DNA of 36,694 bases, from the NCBI GenBank assembly GCA_018817805.1, contig JAHITC010000020.1, forward strand, positions 1-36,694, in the 5' to 3' direction. Under the pieces are notes generated by a model, which did not search any database, was not told the origin of the DNA, and was given only the letters and a program-made list of their open reading frames with translations. Of the stretch, positions 23,135 through 32,431 are shown in pieces; position 1 is the stretch's first letter; the number at the start of each line of letters is the position of its first letter. The stretch is from Patescibacteria group bacterium. Its GTDB lineage: Bacteria; Patescibacteriota; Kazan-3B-28; UBA10110. A program made the translations under genes and the position numbers.

Positions 23135-24118
23135 CTACAGCAGATAACGAAGCTTATTCTGATTGTGCTCTGTCAGAGTTTTGGCGTAATGAGTAATGCC
23201 TTCGAAATCAGTTAGGTAATAATAGTAGTCGCTATCGGGAGGGTTCATCGCCGCTTTAATTGAAGCAAGTCCTGGATTGCAGATTGGGCCGGGTGGAAGC
23301 CCAGCATGCAACCTGGTATTGTAAGGCGAGTCTATGGCCAGATCAGATTTGGTAATAGCATCTTTCCAGTTGCCAGTGATATAACGGACAGTTGCATCTA
23401 CATCGAGTCTCATGCCTGCATCCAATCGGTTGTATAAAACGGCTGCGACTTGCTCGCGATCGATTTGAGTTTTGGCTTCACGTTCTATTAATGAAGCAAT
23501 AATTAGAATGTTGTAAAAATTGCGATCTCCCAAAGTGGGGGAGATATCTGATTTGTACTTGGTTTCAAAATTGTTTAGCATCATTCGAACTGCAGAAACA
23601 ACATCGCCTTTTAATAAGCGGTATGTATCGGGAAACAAAAACCCTTCTAGTGAGCTAGTGGTAGGTTTTGATTTCATAAACCCATAATCGGGGGGGAAAT
23701 TTTCGGCGGTTGTTTGAAACTCAGACTTAGTGGCAATGCCTTTCTCAGCCAATAGAGTAGCAATTTGGTCTAAGGTATATCCTTCAGGAATAGTTACTGT
23801 TGCGTTAGCCGTGTTACCGTTCGCAACTAAATTAGCAATTCTTGGTGCACTAAAGTTTGGCGAAATTTCATAAGCTCCTGGTTGCACAATTACTTTGCCG
23901 GTTAATTTAAGATAAAATTTAAACCCTCCTACCGATTTAATCAATCCTTCTTCCTGCAGATGTTTGGCGATTGAAGTAATACTTTCACCCGATTGAATAG
24001 TAAATTGCTTACTCTTATTGCCTCCTACTGGGGCTAGTGTTAAGAAATAAATAAGCCAAACTAACGCCACGAGGCATCCAGCGACCCCCGCTGTAATTAT
24101 CCAGAATCTTTTGTTCAT
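23135..24118 (-). CDS. mltG: Endolytic murein transglycosylase MltG (YceG family)
   Basis: N-terminal TM segment, a LysM-like segment, then LEGFLFPDTY, ASLIEREA and SPYNTRLHAGLPPGPICNPG. Confidence 0.88.
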   Translation of the reverse strand: MNKRFWIITAGVAGCLVALVWLIYFLTLAPVGGNKSKQFTIQSGESITSIAKHLQEEGLIKSVGGFKFYLKLTGKVIVQPGAYEISPNFSAPRIANLVANGNTANATVTIPEGYTLDQIATLLAEKGIATKSEFQTTAENFPPDYGFMKSKPTTSSLEGFLFPDTYRLLKGDVVSAVRMMLNNFETKYKSDISPTLGDRNFYNILIIASLIEREAKTQIDREQVAAVLYNRLDAGMRLDVDATVRYITGNWKDAITKSDLAIDSPYNTRLHAGLPPGPICNPGLASIKAAMNPPDSDYYYYLTDFEGITHYAKTLTEHNQNKLRYLL

Positions 24119-24158
24119 TAATTAAACTGCCTGGTTAACTAGTAACCTAGATCCGCTT

Positions 24159-24350
24159 TTAATGGCGATCTAATAATTCTTTTAAACCGATCATAACAAG
24201 AAGTAGTGGCCAATAGGCAATTAAGCCACTGTCTACAAACCCCAAGTTAATCATTAATAGTATTAACCCTACTACCAACAACAAGACGGTGTAGAACCAA
24301 TCTTTAAACATGTGCCCACAACAACCACCACCACAATCTTTTTCCTTCAT
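24159..24350 (-). CDS. Small two-TM membrane protein with a Cys-rich N-terminus
   Basis: 63-aa ORF. MKEKDCGGGCCGH is followed by two hydrophobic helices, a layout like LiaF-N/DUF5668. Confidence 0.45.
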   Translation of the reverse strand: MKEKDCGGGCCGHMFKDWFYTVLLLVVGLILLMINLGFVDSGLIAYWPLLLVMIGLKELLDRH

Positions 24351-24383
24351 TTTTCGACCCTCCTTATATAAATTAAATATATT

Positions 24384-24941
24384 CTAACCTAGTAATTTTA
24401 ACGCTTCTTTCACCTTATCATTCAACGGCAGATTGGCTGGCACTTTACCGATTACTTTTCTGATTTCATACATATTATAACCTAAACTTGTCATTGCGCT
24501 GATAACATCTTCCGAATCGCTTATGCCACCATCTAAATCAACAGCTCCAATTTTGCTACGAAGCTCTAAAATCAATCGTTGTGCTGTTTTAAGGCCCACT
24601 CCACTAATAGCCGTAAAGATAGCGCTGTCGCCATGACTAATAGCAGTCCTAAGTTCACTGGTTTTAGATGAGCTTAAAATAGCTATTGCAATTTTAGGGC
24701 CTATCCCCGAAACACTAATTAATAGAGTAAAGAGCCCCAGATCTTCGTTGGCAAGAAAACCGTAAAGAGTTTGGCTATCTTCTTTCACCACCAGGTGAGT
24801 CATTAGCTTAATCGATTGCCCCAACAACGTATCGGCCAATAACTCGTTGGTAACAAATACTCTATATCCTAACCCGCCCACATTAACTATTAGCGAACTA
24901 TTGTCTTTTGCAATAATATTACCCTCGATACAAGCAATCAT
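24384..24941 (-). CDS. ruvA: Holliday junction DNA helicase subunit RuvA
   Basis: MIACIEGNI...VNVGGLGYRV and the HhH motifs GIGPKIAIAIL / GVGLKTAQRLILEL. Confidence 0.9.
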   Translation of the reverse strand: MIACIEGNIIAKDNSSLIVNVGGLGYRVFVTNELLADTLLGQSIKLMTHLVVKEDSQTLYGFLANEDLGLFTLLISVSGIGPKIAIAILSSSKTSELRTAISHGDSAIFTAISGVGLKTAQRLILELRSKIGAVDLDGGISDSEDVISAMTSLGYNMYEIRKVIGKVPANLPLNDKVKEALKLLG

Positions 24942-24945
24942 ACCC

Positions 24946-25443
24946 TTATTTTAACATCCGATTACTAGTTTGATGGCTAAAAGCCGTACAAACTGCTATC
25001 GCCAACGCATCCGAGATATCGTCTGGCCCAGGGAGAGTCTCGAGTTTGAGAATAGATTTAATCATCTTTAAAACCTGCTGTTTATCAGCACTGCCATAGC
25101 CGGTAAGCGATTGTTTTACCTGCAGCGGCGTATGTTCGACAATTGATAGCGGATAACTAGCCAAAACGCTTAAAATAGCTCCTCTGGCTTCTGCCACCTT
25201 CATAGCAGTCGATGTATTGCGAGCAAAGAACAAGCTTTCGATACCAACCACTGTTGGTTGATACTCTTCGACCAATTCTTTAATCGATTTAACAATTACA
25301 GCTAACCTTTGTGTGTGAAGTTCAGATTTGTGTGTTTTAATTTGTCCGCAATTAATAAAACTAACTTTATTGCCATTAATTTTAACTATTCCAAAGCCGA
25401 CGATAGCAAGACCGGGGTCGATACCTAGAACTGTAGTTTCCAT
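24946..25443 (-). CDS. ruvC: Crossover junction endodeoxyribonuclease RuvC
   Basis: VLGIDPGLAIVGFGIV, VGIESLFF, GYGSADKQQV and DISDALAIAVC, which include the catalytic D/E/D/D residues. Confidence 0.9.
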   Translation of the reverse strand: METTVLGIDPGLAIVGFGIVKINGNKVSFINCGQIKTHKSELHTQRLAVIVKSIKELVEEYQPTVVGIESLFFARNTSTAMKVAEARGAILSVLASYPLSIVEHTPLQVKQSLTGYGSADKQQVLKMIKSILKLETLPGPDDISDALAIAVCTAFSHQTSNRMLK

Positions 25444-25448
25444 ATGAT

Positions 25449-26189
25449 TTAAGAAATTTGAGACAAAACATTGTCTGGCACCTCTAAAGCGCTATAGACA
25501 TTAACAACATCGTCGTGCTCTTCAATAGCATCCAGAAAGTTTAAGATTTTTTTGGCTGACGTGACATCGATAACCACTGTTTTATTCTTCGCCACCAACT
25601 CTACGTCAGCGGATTTAACATTGCGACCATTGCTCCCTAGCTTAGATTTGACCATATCTAACTCTTTTGGAGCAGTATAAATTACGAATGTTTCACCAAG
25701 ATCCTCTAGGTCTAGTGCACCTGCCTCAATAATGGCTAGTTCATCCGCCTCACTATCGTTACTTTTATCTAATTGCAAAACGCCTTTAGCCTCAAATTGC
25801 CAAGCTGCGGGTGTACCAAAAGTAGCTCCGCTTTTATTAAAGATGCTGCGTATTTCTGCAACAGTTCTATTTTTATTATCTGTTAAAACTTCTATGACCA
25901 CCCCAACATTGCCAGGTGCCAACCCCTCATAAGTTATTTCTTCTATAATAACAGCGTCTTTACCTGTGCCACTCCCTTTGGCAATGGCTTTTTCGATATT
26001 AATATTTGGCATATTTGCTTCTCGGGCTTTTTGAATAGCTAGTTTTAAGCGGAAGTTCATTCCTGGATCATCACCCCCTCTAGCCGCTACTTGAATAAAT
26101 CGGGCTAGCTTGCTAAAAGCAGCGCTTCTTTTAACATCCTGGGCGCCTTTTTTGCGCTTAATTGTTGACCACTTAGAATGACCGGACAT
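25449..26189 (-). CDS. yebC: YebC/PmpR family DNA-binding regulator
   Basis: MSGHSKWSTIKRKKGAQDVKRS is the diagnostic N-terminus. The length is 246 aa. Confidence 0.9.
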   Translation of the reverse strand: MSGHSKWSTIKRKKGAQDVKRSAAFSKLARFIQVAARGGDDPGMNFRLKLAIQKAREANMPNINIEKAIAKGSGTGKDAVIIEEITYEGLAPGNVGVVIEVLTDNKNRTVAEIRSIFNKSGATFGTPAAWQFEAKGVLQLDKSNDSEADELAIIEAGALDLEDLGETFVIYTAPKELDMVKSKLGSNGRNVKSADVELVAKNKTVVIDVTSAKKILNFLDAIEEHDDVVNVYSALEVPDNVLSQIS

Positions 26190-26245
26190 ATTATTGTAAG
26201 ATTATTTACAGGCACAGTATAACAAATCGTTGGAAGGGGGCGAAG

Positions 26246-28372
26246 GTGCTATATACTACAATTATGGAAACTTTCTTAAATGAACTAAATGCTGCGCAGA
26301 AAGAAGCCGTTACTGCGGGGGATGGACCAGTATTGATTTTAGCTGGGGCAGGTAGTGGCAAGACCAAAACTTTAACCGCACGCATTGTTTATCTTATTAA
26401 AGAAAAGCAGGTACGACCAAAAGAGATCTTGGCAGTTACCTTCACTAATAAAGCAGCTGGCGAGATTAAGACCCGCATTAAGCAACTTCTTCGTCTTCGA
26501 TCTGAAGCAGGTTTTAATATTGGGACATTCCATTCTCTTTGTACTCGTATCCTCCGAGCAGAAGCTGAGCATTTAGACAGAACTCGTTCCTTTAGTATCT
26601 TGGATACTGATGAACAGCTCACCGCTGTCAAACAAGTAATGCACACTCTTAGTATTGATACCCAACGGTATGCTCCTGGTGCTATTCTAAATTTCATTTC
26701 TTCTGCTAAAAACGAATTGATTGAAGCGGACGAATATCAGAGAACTGCTCATGGTAATTTCCCCAATTTAGTAGCTAAGGTTTATCCGCTCTACCAAAAG
26801 ACTTTACTAAAGAATAACAGCTACGACTTTGACGACTTATTACTTGAAACTGTGAAGCTGTTTGGCCAAGCCCCAGCAGTTTTAGAAAAGTACCAGAAAC
26901 TATTTAAATACATTTTAGTAGACGAGTACCAAGACACTAACTCTGCGCAATATCAACTAACTAATTTATTATCTAAATCTCACCGTAACTTATTTGTAGT
27001 CGGCGACGATTGGCAGTCGATCTATTCTTGGCGAGGGGCTAATTACCGTAATATTCTTGAGTTTAACGAGGACTACCCCAAAGCTAAGGTAATTAAACTC
27101 GAAGAAAATTATCGCTCTACTCAAACCATCTTGGATGCAGGTGAAGCTGTTATTAAAGCTAACCGATTCAGAAGCGACAAGAAACTATGGACTAAAAAAG
27201 GAGAAGGGGAGTTAGTCGCTATCTGTCCAGTAATTAACGAGCTCTACGAAGGTAGTTTTATCGCCAGAGAAATTATGCATAAACAGGCAAATGAAAAGAT
27301 TAGCTTAAACAACTTTGTTGTGTTGTATCGCACTAATGCACAATCTAGGGCATTAGAAGAATCATTCATACGACAAAATCTACCTTATCGCATTGTGGGC
27401 GGCACTCGTTTCTACGATCGTAGAGAAATTAAAGATATCTTGGCATATTTAAAAGTTATAGCCAACCCAAACGACGAACTTAGTTTAAAAAGAATTATTA
27501 ATGTTCCCGCTCGCGGTATTGGCGCCAAAACATGGGAAATTATTCAGAAGTTTTCAGAAGAACAAGACAAACCAACCAGCTTAGTGCTCAACTTAATGCC
27601 AGTGAGTGAAAAAGTTAAAAAAACTCTAGTCAAACTTAACGCAACTTTTACTAAAGCTAGGGGTTGGCAAAAAAACTTAAGTAGTTTATTCGATTTTGTA
27701 TTAAGCGAAACTGGTTATCTCACTTTCCTAAACGACCGTACCATCGAAGGAGAAACTCGAATCGAAAACGTCAAAGAATTAAAAAGCGTTATCGAAAAAA
27801 ACGACGCTCTCGAAATTGGGATTGCTCTAACAACCTTTTTAGAAGAAGTGAGTTTAATCCAAGACTTAGATAACTATGAAGCCAGCGAAGAAGCAGTTAC
27901 TTTGATGACAATGCATGCTGCTAAAGGGCTTGAGTTTAATTATGTTTTTATTGCTGGTATGGAAGAAAATGTTTTTCCTCATTCTAGGAGCATCCTCGAC
28001 GAAACAGAGTTAGAAGAAGAGCGACGGCTGTGCTACGTCGGCATCACCCGAGCTAAACACAGAATCTATTTGGTGTACGCCCAACAACGAACTTTATATG
28101 GCAATACTAGTTACAATTTGCCATCTAGGTTTATTGAAGAAATTCCAGAACATCTTACAGAAGAACTTCATTATGCTTCGGGGCCTAGCTCGCCGATGCG
28201 CAACGAAAAGACTCGACCCAAATTAAAATTACAAGCTGGCGACAAAATAGAACACACTCATTTTGGTAAGGGAGTAGTAATCGAACTCAACCAGGATGAG
28301 GTAGTAGCTAGTTTTCACACATTAGGTATTAAAAGATTATCTGCAAGTTTAGCCCCTATCAAAAAAATATAA
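26246..28372 (+). CDS. pcrA: ATP-dependent DNA helicase PcrA/UvrD (superfamily 1A)
   Basis: AGAGSGKTKTL (Walker A), VDEYQDTN, GDDWQSIYSWRGA, TMHAAKGLEF and VGITRAK. The start is GTG 26246 (GGAAGGGGG 5 nt upstream) or ATG 26264. Confidence 0.92.
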   Translation: MLYTTIMETFLNELNAAQKEAVTAGDGPVLILAGAGSGKTKTLTARIVYLIKEKQVRPKEILAVTFTNKAAGEIKTRIKQLLRLRSEAGFNIGTFHSLCTRILRAEAEHLDRTRSFSILDTDEQLTAVKQVMHTLSIDTQRYAPGAILNFISSAKNELIEADEYQRTAHGNFPNLVAKVYPLYQKTLLKNNSYDFDDLLLETVKLFGQAPAVLEKYQKLFKYILVDEYQDTNSAQYQLTNLLSKSHRNLFVVGDDWQSIYSWRGANYRNILEFNEDYPKAKVIKLEENYRSTQTILDAGEAVIKANRFRSDKKLWTKKGEGELVAICPVINELYEGSFIAREIMHKQANEKISLNNFVVLYRTNAQSRALEESFIRQNLPYRIVGGTRFYDRREIKDILAYLKVIANPNDELSLKRIINVPARGIGAKTWEIIQKFSEEQDKPTSLVLNLMPVSEKVKKTLVKLNATFTKARGWQKNLSSLFDFVLSETGYLTFLNDRTIEGETRIENVKELKSVIEKNDALEIGIALTTFLEEVSLIQDLDNYEASEEAVTLMTMHAAKGLEFNYVFIAGMEENVFPHSRSILDETELEEERRLCYVGITRAKHRIYLVYAQQRTLYGNTSYNLPSRFIEEIPEHLTEELHYASGPSSPMRNEKTRPKLKLQAGDKIEHTHFGKGVVIELNQDEVVASFHTLGIKRLSASLAPIKKI

Positions 28373-28386
28373 TTTAAACTATAGCT

Positions 28387-28992
28387 TTGGAATTTAAAAA
28401 GCGCACACTTATTTTAACGGTAATTTTCTTGGCACCCTTGCTCGCTGGTTTGATTTATTTACTCACTACCTACAAACATATCGATGCCCAGGTTAAAACT
28501 ATTTCCTTGTCGGTTAATGGCCTCAGCACTGAATACACCACAACTGCTCAAACAGTTGGTGAGTTTATAGCCCCACTTTATCCAGACAGAGACAAGATCG
28601 TTTCAGTTTTCCCTAGTGAATCTCAGCCACTAACTAGTGGTGATATTATCTTTTTGCAACTTAAACCAACTGCAGTTAATCGGGCGGTAGCCAGCAATTT
28701 AAAAACTGCTATTGAAAAAAGTAGTGAGCCAGAACCTAAGTCACCGGTTTATCAAGGGACTGCAACTTGGTATGCTTTTGGAGAGGGGATGAATGCCGCT
28801 AGTACTCAATTCCCTAAAGGTACTCGCCTTAGAGTTATGGCAGTAAATTCCAATAAAATTGTGGATGTTGTTATTAACGATTATGGTCCAGAAAAATGGA
28901 CCGGAGTGGCTCTCGACTTAAACAAACCAGCTTTTATGAAATTAGCTCCGCTAGGTGCTGGGAAAATTAAAATTAAATATTTCATTATTTAA
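28387..28992 (+). CDS. RlpA-like double-psi beta-barrel lytic-transglycosylase-like protein with an N-terminal anchor and a DUF348-like segment
   Basis: A TM anchor is followed by ISLSVNGLSTEYTTTAQTVGEFI (DUF348-like). The C-terminal GTATWYAF..AASTQFPKGTRLRV....VDVVINDYGP is a DPBB/RlpA signature. It starts with TTG. Confidence 0.6.
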   Translation: MEFKKRTLILTVIFLAPLLAGLIYLLTTYKHIDAQVKTISLSVNGLSTEYTTTAQTVGEFIAPLYPDRDKIVSVFPSESQPLTSGDIIFLQLKPTAVNRAVASNLKTAIEKSSEPEPKSPVYQGTATWYAFGEGMNAASTQFPKGTRLRVMAVNSNKIVDVVINDYGPEKWTGVALDLNKPAFMKLAPLGAGKIKIKYFII

Positions 28993-29835
28993 ATGGATCT
29001 CACCAATCTTTCAACATTGCAACGAGTAATGCGTGAATACCATGTATTTGCCCAGAAAAAATTAGGGCAGAATTTTTTGATAGACAAGCAAGTGCTCGAC
29101 ACCATCATTGAAGCATCATCTCTTAAAAACACTGAAGATGTTTTGGAAATTGGACCCGGCCTAGGAACCCTTACGCGAGCTCTAGCAGGAAAAGCTAAAG
29201 AAGTTATAACTGTCGAAAAAGATATTCATTTAATTAAAATATTTCGCGCTCTTAATTCCGACCTGGCTAATATTAAGGCTATCGAAGGTAACGCACTTTT
29301 TCTAGACAAACCATTTTTCGATCGCTATTTTAAAAAATCATACAAACTAATCGCCAACCTGCCTTACTACATTACCTCGGCTATTATCCGCTTCTTCCTA
29401 CAAAGCCCTAGGCAACCCAGCTTAATGATCCTAATGGTGCAAAAAGAAGTGGCCGAGCGAATTATTGCCTTGCCGCCTGCTGCTAACATTCTAAGTGTAG
29501 CGGTTCAATTCTATGGCCAACCAGAAATAGTTGCCGAAGTGCCAAATACTTCGTTTTGGCCATCACCTACAGTAGATTCCGCTATCTTGAAAATTGTACC
29601 CTATAGTCGTAAACCTTATAAAGTAACCAATGAAAAAGAATTTTTTAAAATTATAAAAGCCGGATTTAGCGAAAGACGAAAGCAATTACATAATTCGCTA
29701 GGGAATAGTTTGCAATTACCAGACAAAATGGTTAAGAAAGCGTTAATTGATAGTAAAATTGATAGTAGTAGACGTGCACAAACATTAAGCATTGAAGAAT
29801 GGGTCACACTCTATCAGAATCTAAAAAGATTATAA
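28993..29835 (+). CDS. rsmA: 16S rRNA (adenine1518/1519-N6)-dimethyltransferase
   Basis: KKLGQNFLID, the SAM-binding motif VLEIGPGLGTLT, and NLPYYITS. Confidence 0.92.
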   Translation: MDLTNLSTLQRVMREYHVFAQKKLGQNFLIDKQVLDTIIEASSLKNTEDVLEIGPGLGTLTRALAGKAKEVITVEKDIHLIKIFRALNSDLANIKAIEGNALFLDKPFFDRYFKKSYKLIANLPYYITSAIIRFFLQSPRQPSLMILMVQKEVAERIIALPPAANILSVAVQFYGQPEIVAEVPNTSFWPSPTVDSAILKIVPYSRKPYKVTNEKEFFKIIKAGFSERRKQLHNSLGNSLQLPDKMVKKALIDSKIDSSRRAQTLSIEEWVTLYQNLKRL

Positions 29836-31061
29836 AGTATCCTCGCAAACGAAGACGACATATCTTAGATTATTTTTCTGCGTCTAAGGAAGGTATAATC
29901 ACTGGTGCAGCTGATAACGATCCGGCTGGTATTGCTACATTTGCTCAAGTGGGAGCTACCACTGGTTTTTCTTTAATTTGGTTACTTGCCTTAATCACCC
30001 CTCTAATAATTGCCGTAGAAGAGATGAGCGCTAGGATCGGCGTAGTGACAAAAAAAGGGCTAAACACTGTTATTAGAAATAACTATGGCGCTAAGCTGGC
30101 TATTACTGCTGGATTAATTGTATTTCTATGCAACATGGTTACCATTGGAGCTAATATAGTGGCTGTATCTGAAATCATTGGAGCATTAACCCACATTAAC
30201 TGGGCCTGGTTGGTCTTGCCTATAACTATCCTTATCTCTACATTCTTAATTAAAAATAGTTACTCTTCAATCAGTAAGTATTTAATAATTGTGACAATCG
30301 CTTTGTTGTTCTATGTCGCGGCTGCTTTCTTTATCCGCATAGACACCCATGCCTTGGTTACTCAACTCTGGCCTATACAAATGACTGGTTCGACTATATT
30401 TCTCATAGCTGCAGTCGCACTGTTGGGTACCACCATCTCACCTTATTTAATCTTTTGGCAAACTACTGAAGAAGTAGAAAACAAAACTAGTATAAAAGAT
30501 TTAAGAAAAACACATAGTGGGGTAGCATTAGGCTTCATCTATGCTAACTTAATTGCCCTGGTCATTATTCTACTAGCAGCCTCTGTTTTTAATGGCAATA
30601 CACTTATTGAGACAACTACAGAAGCAGCTACAATGCTACAGCCCTTAGCTGGAGACTGGGCCTTCTTGTTATTCTCTTTCGGAATTGTTGGCTCTGGGTT
30701 AATTGGTATCCCAGTTTTAGCAGCTTCTACTGCCTATGTGGGAGCGGAGGCATTTAGTTGGCCAGAAGGTTTAAGCAAAAAAATAAAGAAAGCCAAAGGA
30801 TTCTACAGCATCATGATTGGCGCCATCTTAATGGGTGGCTTGTTGGCATTAACTCATGTCCCACCTATGATTATGCTACTCTACACTCAAGTATTAAATG
30901 GTCTACTTACTCCCATCCTGATAATACTTCTAATGATGATTAGTAATAACAAGAAGATTATGGGGAAGCATACCAATAGGTTTTGGAGTAATGCTTTAGG
31001 CATATTGTCTTTGGTGGTGATGATAGGGTTTGATGTGTTGTTATTAATAAAACTCTTTTAA
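29799..31061 (+). CDS. NRAMP/SLC11-family transporter with a non-canonical metal-binding site
   Basis: 420 aa and about 11 TM segments. The TM1 motif is GAADNDPAGIAT and the TM6 motif is LLGTTISPYLIFWQ; the canonical forms are DPGN and A..MPH. It overlaps rsmA by 37 nt. Confidence 0.7.
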   Translation: MGHTLSESKKIIKYPRKRRRHILDYFSASKEGIITGAADNDPAGIATFAQVGATTGFSLIWLLALITPLIIAVEEMSARIGVVTKKGLNTVIRNNYGAKLAITAGLIVFLCNMVTIGANIVAVSEIIGALTHINWAWLVLPITILISTFLIKNSYSSISKYLIIVTIALLFYVAAAFFIRIDTHALVTQLWPIQMTGSTIFLIAAVALLGTTISPYLIFWQTTEEVENKTSIKDLRKTHSGVALGFIYANLIALVIILLAASVFNGNTLIETTTEAATMLQPLAGDWAFLLFSFGIVGSGLIGIPVLAASTAYVGAEAFSWPEGLSKKIKKAKGFYSIMIGAILMGGLLALTHVPPMIMLLYTQVLNGLLTPILIILLMMISNNKKIMGKHTNRFWSNALGILSLVVMIGFDVLLLIKLF

Positions 31062-31063
31062 CT

Positions 31064-31735
31064 ATGGGCACCTTGTACGTTGTTGCAACTCCAATTGGAA
31101 ATTTAAAAGATATTACCCTTAGAGCTATTGAAGTATTGCAACAAGTAAGTGTTATTGCTTGCGAAGATTCCCGGATAACAGGGAAGTTGTTAGCAGAACA
31201 CCATATTAAAACTCCGCTGACAACCTACCATCAACACAGCAGTGCACATAAAATACAAGAGATTACAGGAAGATTAAAAGAGGGAGAGAACATAGCTCTT
31301 GTCACCGACGCCGGCACTCCAGGCATCCAAGACCCAGGCGGAAAACTGGTGGCAGAAGCACTAGAAGCCGGGATAAACATAGAAGCCGTGCCTGGCCCAT
31401 CTGCTATCACCGCCGCTTTAAGTATTGCAGGTGTTAATAGTGATGCCTTTTGTTTCTTAGGTTTTCTGCCTAAGAAGAAAGGTCGGCAAACTTTAATGAA
31501 ACATATTAAAGAATTAGACATTCCATTGGTTATTTACGAATCACCTATGCGTGTTATTAAAACCATTACAGAGCTAGAAGCCACACTAGATAACTGCCAA
31601 ATTATTGCCATGCGAGAGCTAACTAAAAAATTCGCCGAGATTAAAAGAGGCACCGCCAAAGAGTTAATTAAACATTTTTCACATAAAAAACCTAAGGGAG
31701 AATTTGTCATCATAGTATTACCGGGCATATACTAA
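31064..31735 (+). CDS. rsmI: 16S rRNA (cytidine1402-2'-O)-methyltransferase
   Basis: GTLYVVATPIGNLKDITLRAIEVL..IACEDSR, plus SDAGTPGI-like (TDAGTPGIQDPG) and PGPSA motifs. Confidence 0.9.
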   Translation: MGTLYVVATPIGNLKDITLRAIEVLQQVSVIACEDSRITGKLLAEHHIKTPLTTYHQHSSAHKIQEITGRLKEGENIALVTDAGTPGIQDPGGKLVAEALEAGINIEAVPGPSAITAALSIAGVNSDAFCFLGFLPKKKGRQTLMKHIKELDIPLVIYESPMRVIKTITELEATLDNCQIIAMRELTKKFAEIKRGTAKELIKHFSHKKPKGEFVIIVLPGIY

Positions 31736-31743
31736 AAGTAGTA

Positions 31744-31956
31744 ATGGACAAAGCAAAGTTAAATAAGAAGTTTCTTAAACTTAAGTCGATGATTAGTCGA
31801 CGTAAGCCATTTATTATTAAGATGCCGGAAGAAAGAGACGACAGCATTCACTGGTTGTTTTGGCTATTATTAATTTTAGTGTTACTTTTCTTAATTAGTA
31901 CGATTGTTATAAGCTGGTCTAGTTCTTCAGGGCTACTTTCATACATGAATCAATAA
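31744..31956 (+). CDS. Small single-TM protein, unknown function
   Basis: 70-aa ORF with a basic N-terminus and one TM segment (WLFWLLLILVLLFLISTIVISW). The only support is the ORF itself and its operon position. Confidence 0.35.
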   Translation: MDKAKLNKKFLKLKSMISRRKPFIIKMPEERDDSIHWLFWLLLILVLLFLISTIVISWSSSSGLLSYMNQ

Positions 31957-31988
31957 AAAAACCGCATTCAGTTTTTAATTGAATGCGG
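31955..31988 (-). terminator. Strong intrinsic terminator for the minus-strand GC-rich unit. The hairpin also abuts the end of the plus-strand rsmI operon.
   Basis: A 9-bp stem CCGCATTCA/TGAATGCGG (31962-31970/31980-31988) has a 9-nt loop. On the minus strand it is followed by U7 (A7 at 31955-31961). Confidence 0.75.
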
Positions 31989-32000
31989 CACGATTAACCT

Positions 32001-32375
32001 CTATTGTTTTTTAGCAGTTACCTGCTCTACCCATGCTGGGTAACTGCCCCTGACTGCCCTTAAGTAAGCAAAACATTGTTTTTTATGTTTTGCTTGGAGT
32101 AGGCAATATCTGCCGACGATGGAGACGAGACCGCCATCGTTGGTCACGCTGCTTCCAAAGAACGCGACAAAGTATGGGCCTTTTTTGCCACCTTGCGGGG
32201 GGTCTACAACCTTCCTCGAGGGATACAGCGACCTGAACGCTGAGTGGATAGCGGCATCTCGGCGCAAAGACCCATGAACCTCTATCTCGTGCTTAGAAGG
32301 ATAGTATCCCTCATCTACACACCACCCCGACTCCCAGAGCTTCACCAACCATTTGGTTGTTGTGGTAATCGGCAA
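32001..32375 (-). CDS. Orphan 124-aa ORF in a GC-rich, hairpin-dense island. Coding status is uncertain and a structured RNA is the alternative.
   Basis: TTG start 32375..32373 lies 9 nt after GGAGG (32389..32385), and the stop is TAG 32003..32001. I recognise no motif in MPITTTTKWLVKLWESGWCVDEGYY... GC3 is 67/124 by hand count, which is atypical for this window. Confidence 0.4.
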   Translation of the reverse strand: MPITTTTKWLVKLWESGWCVDEGYYPSKHEIEVHGSLRRDAAIHSAFRSLYPSRKVVDPPQGGKKGPYFVAFFGSSVTNDGGLVSIVGRYCLLQAKHKKQCFAYLRAVRGSYPAWVEQVTAKKQ

Positions 32376-32431
32376 TCATCATCACCTCCAGCCCTCTTGT
32401 CTGAGTAATTTTAATTTGCAAAATCACCCTC

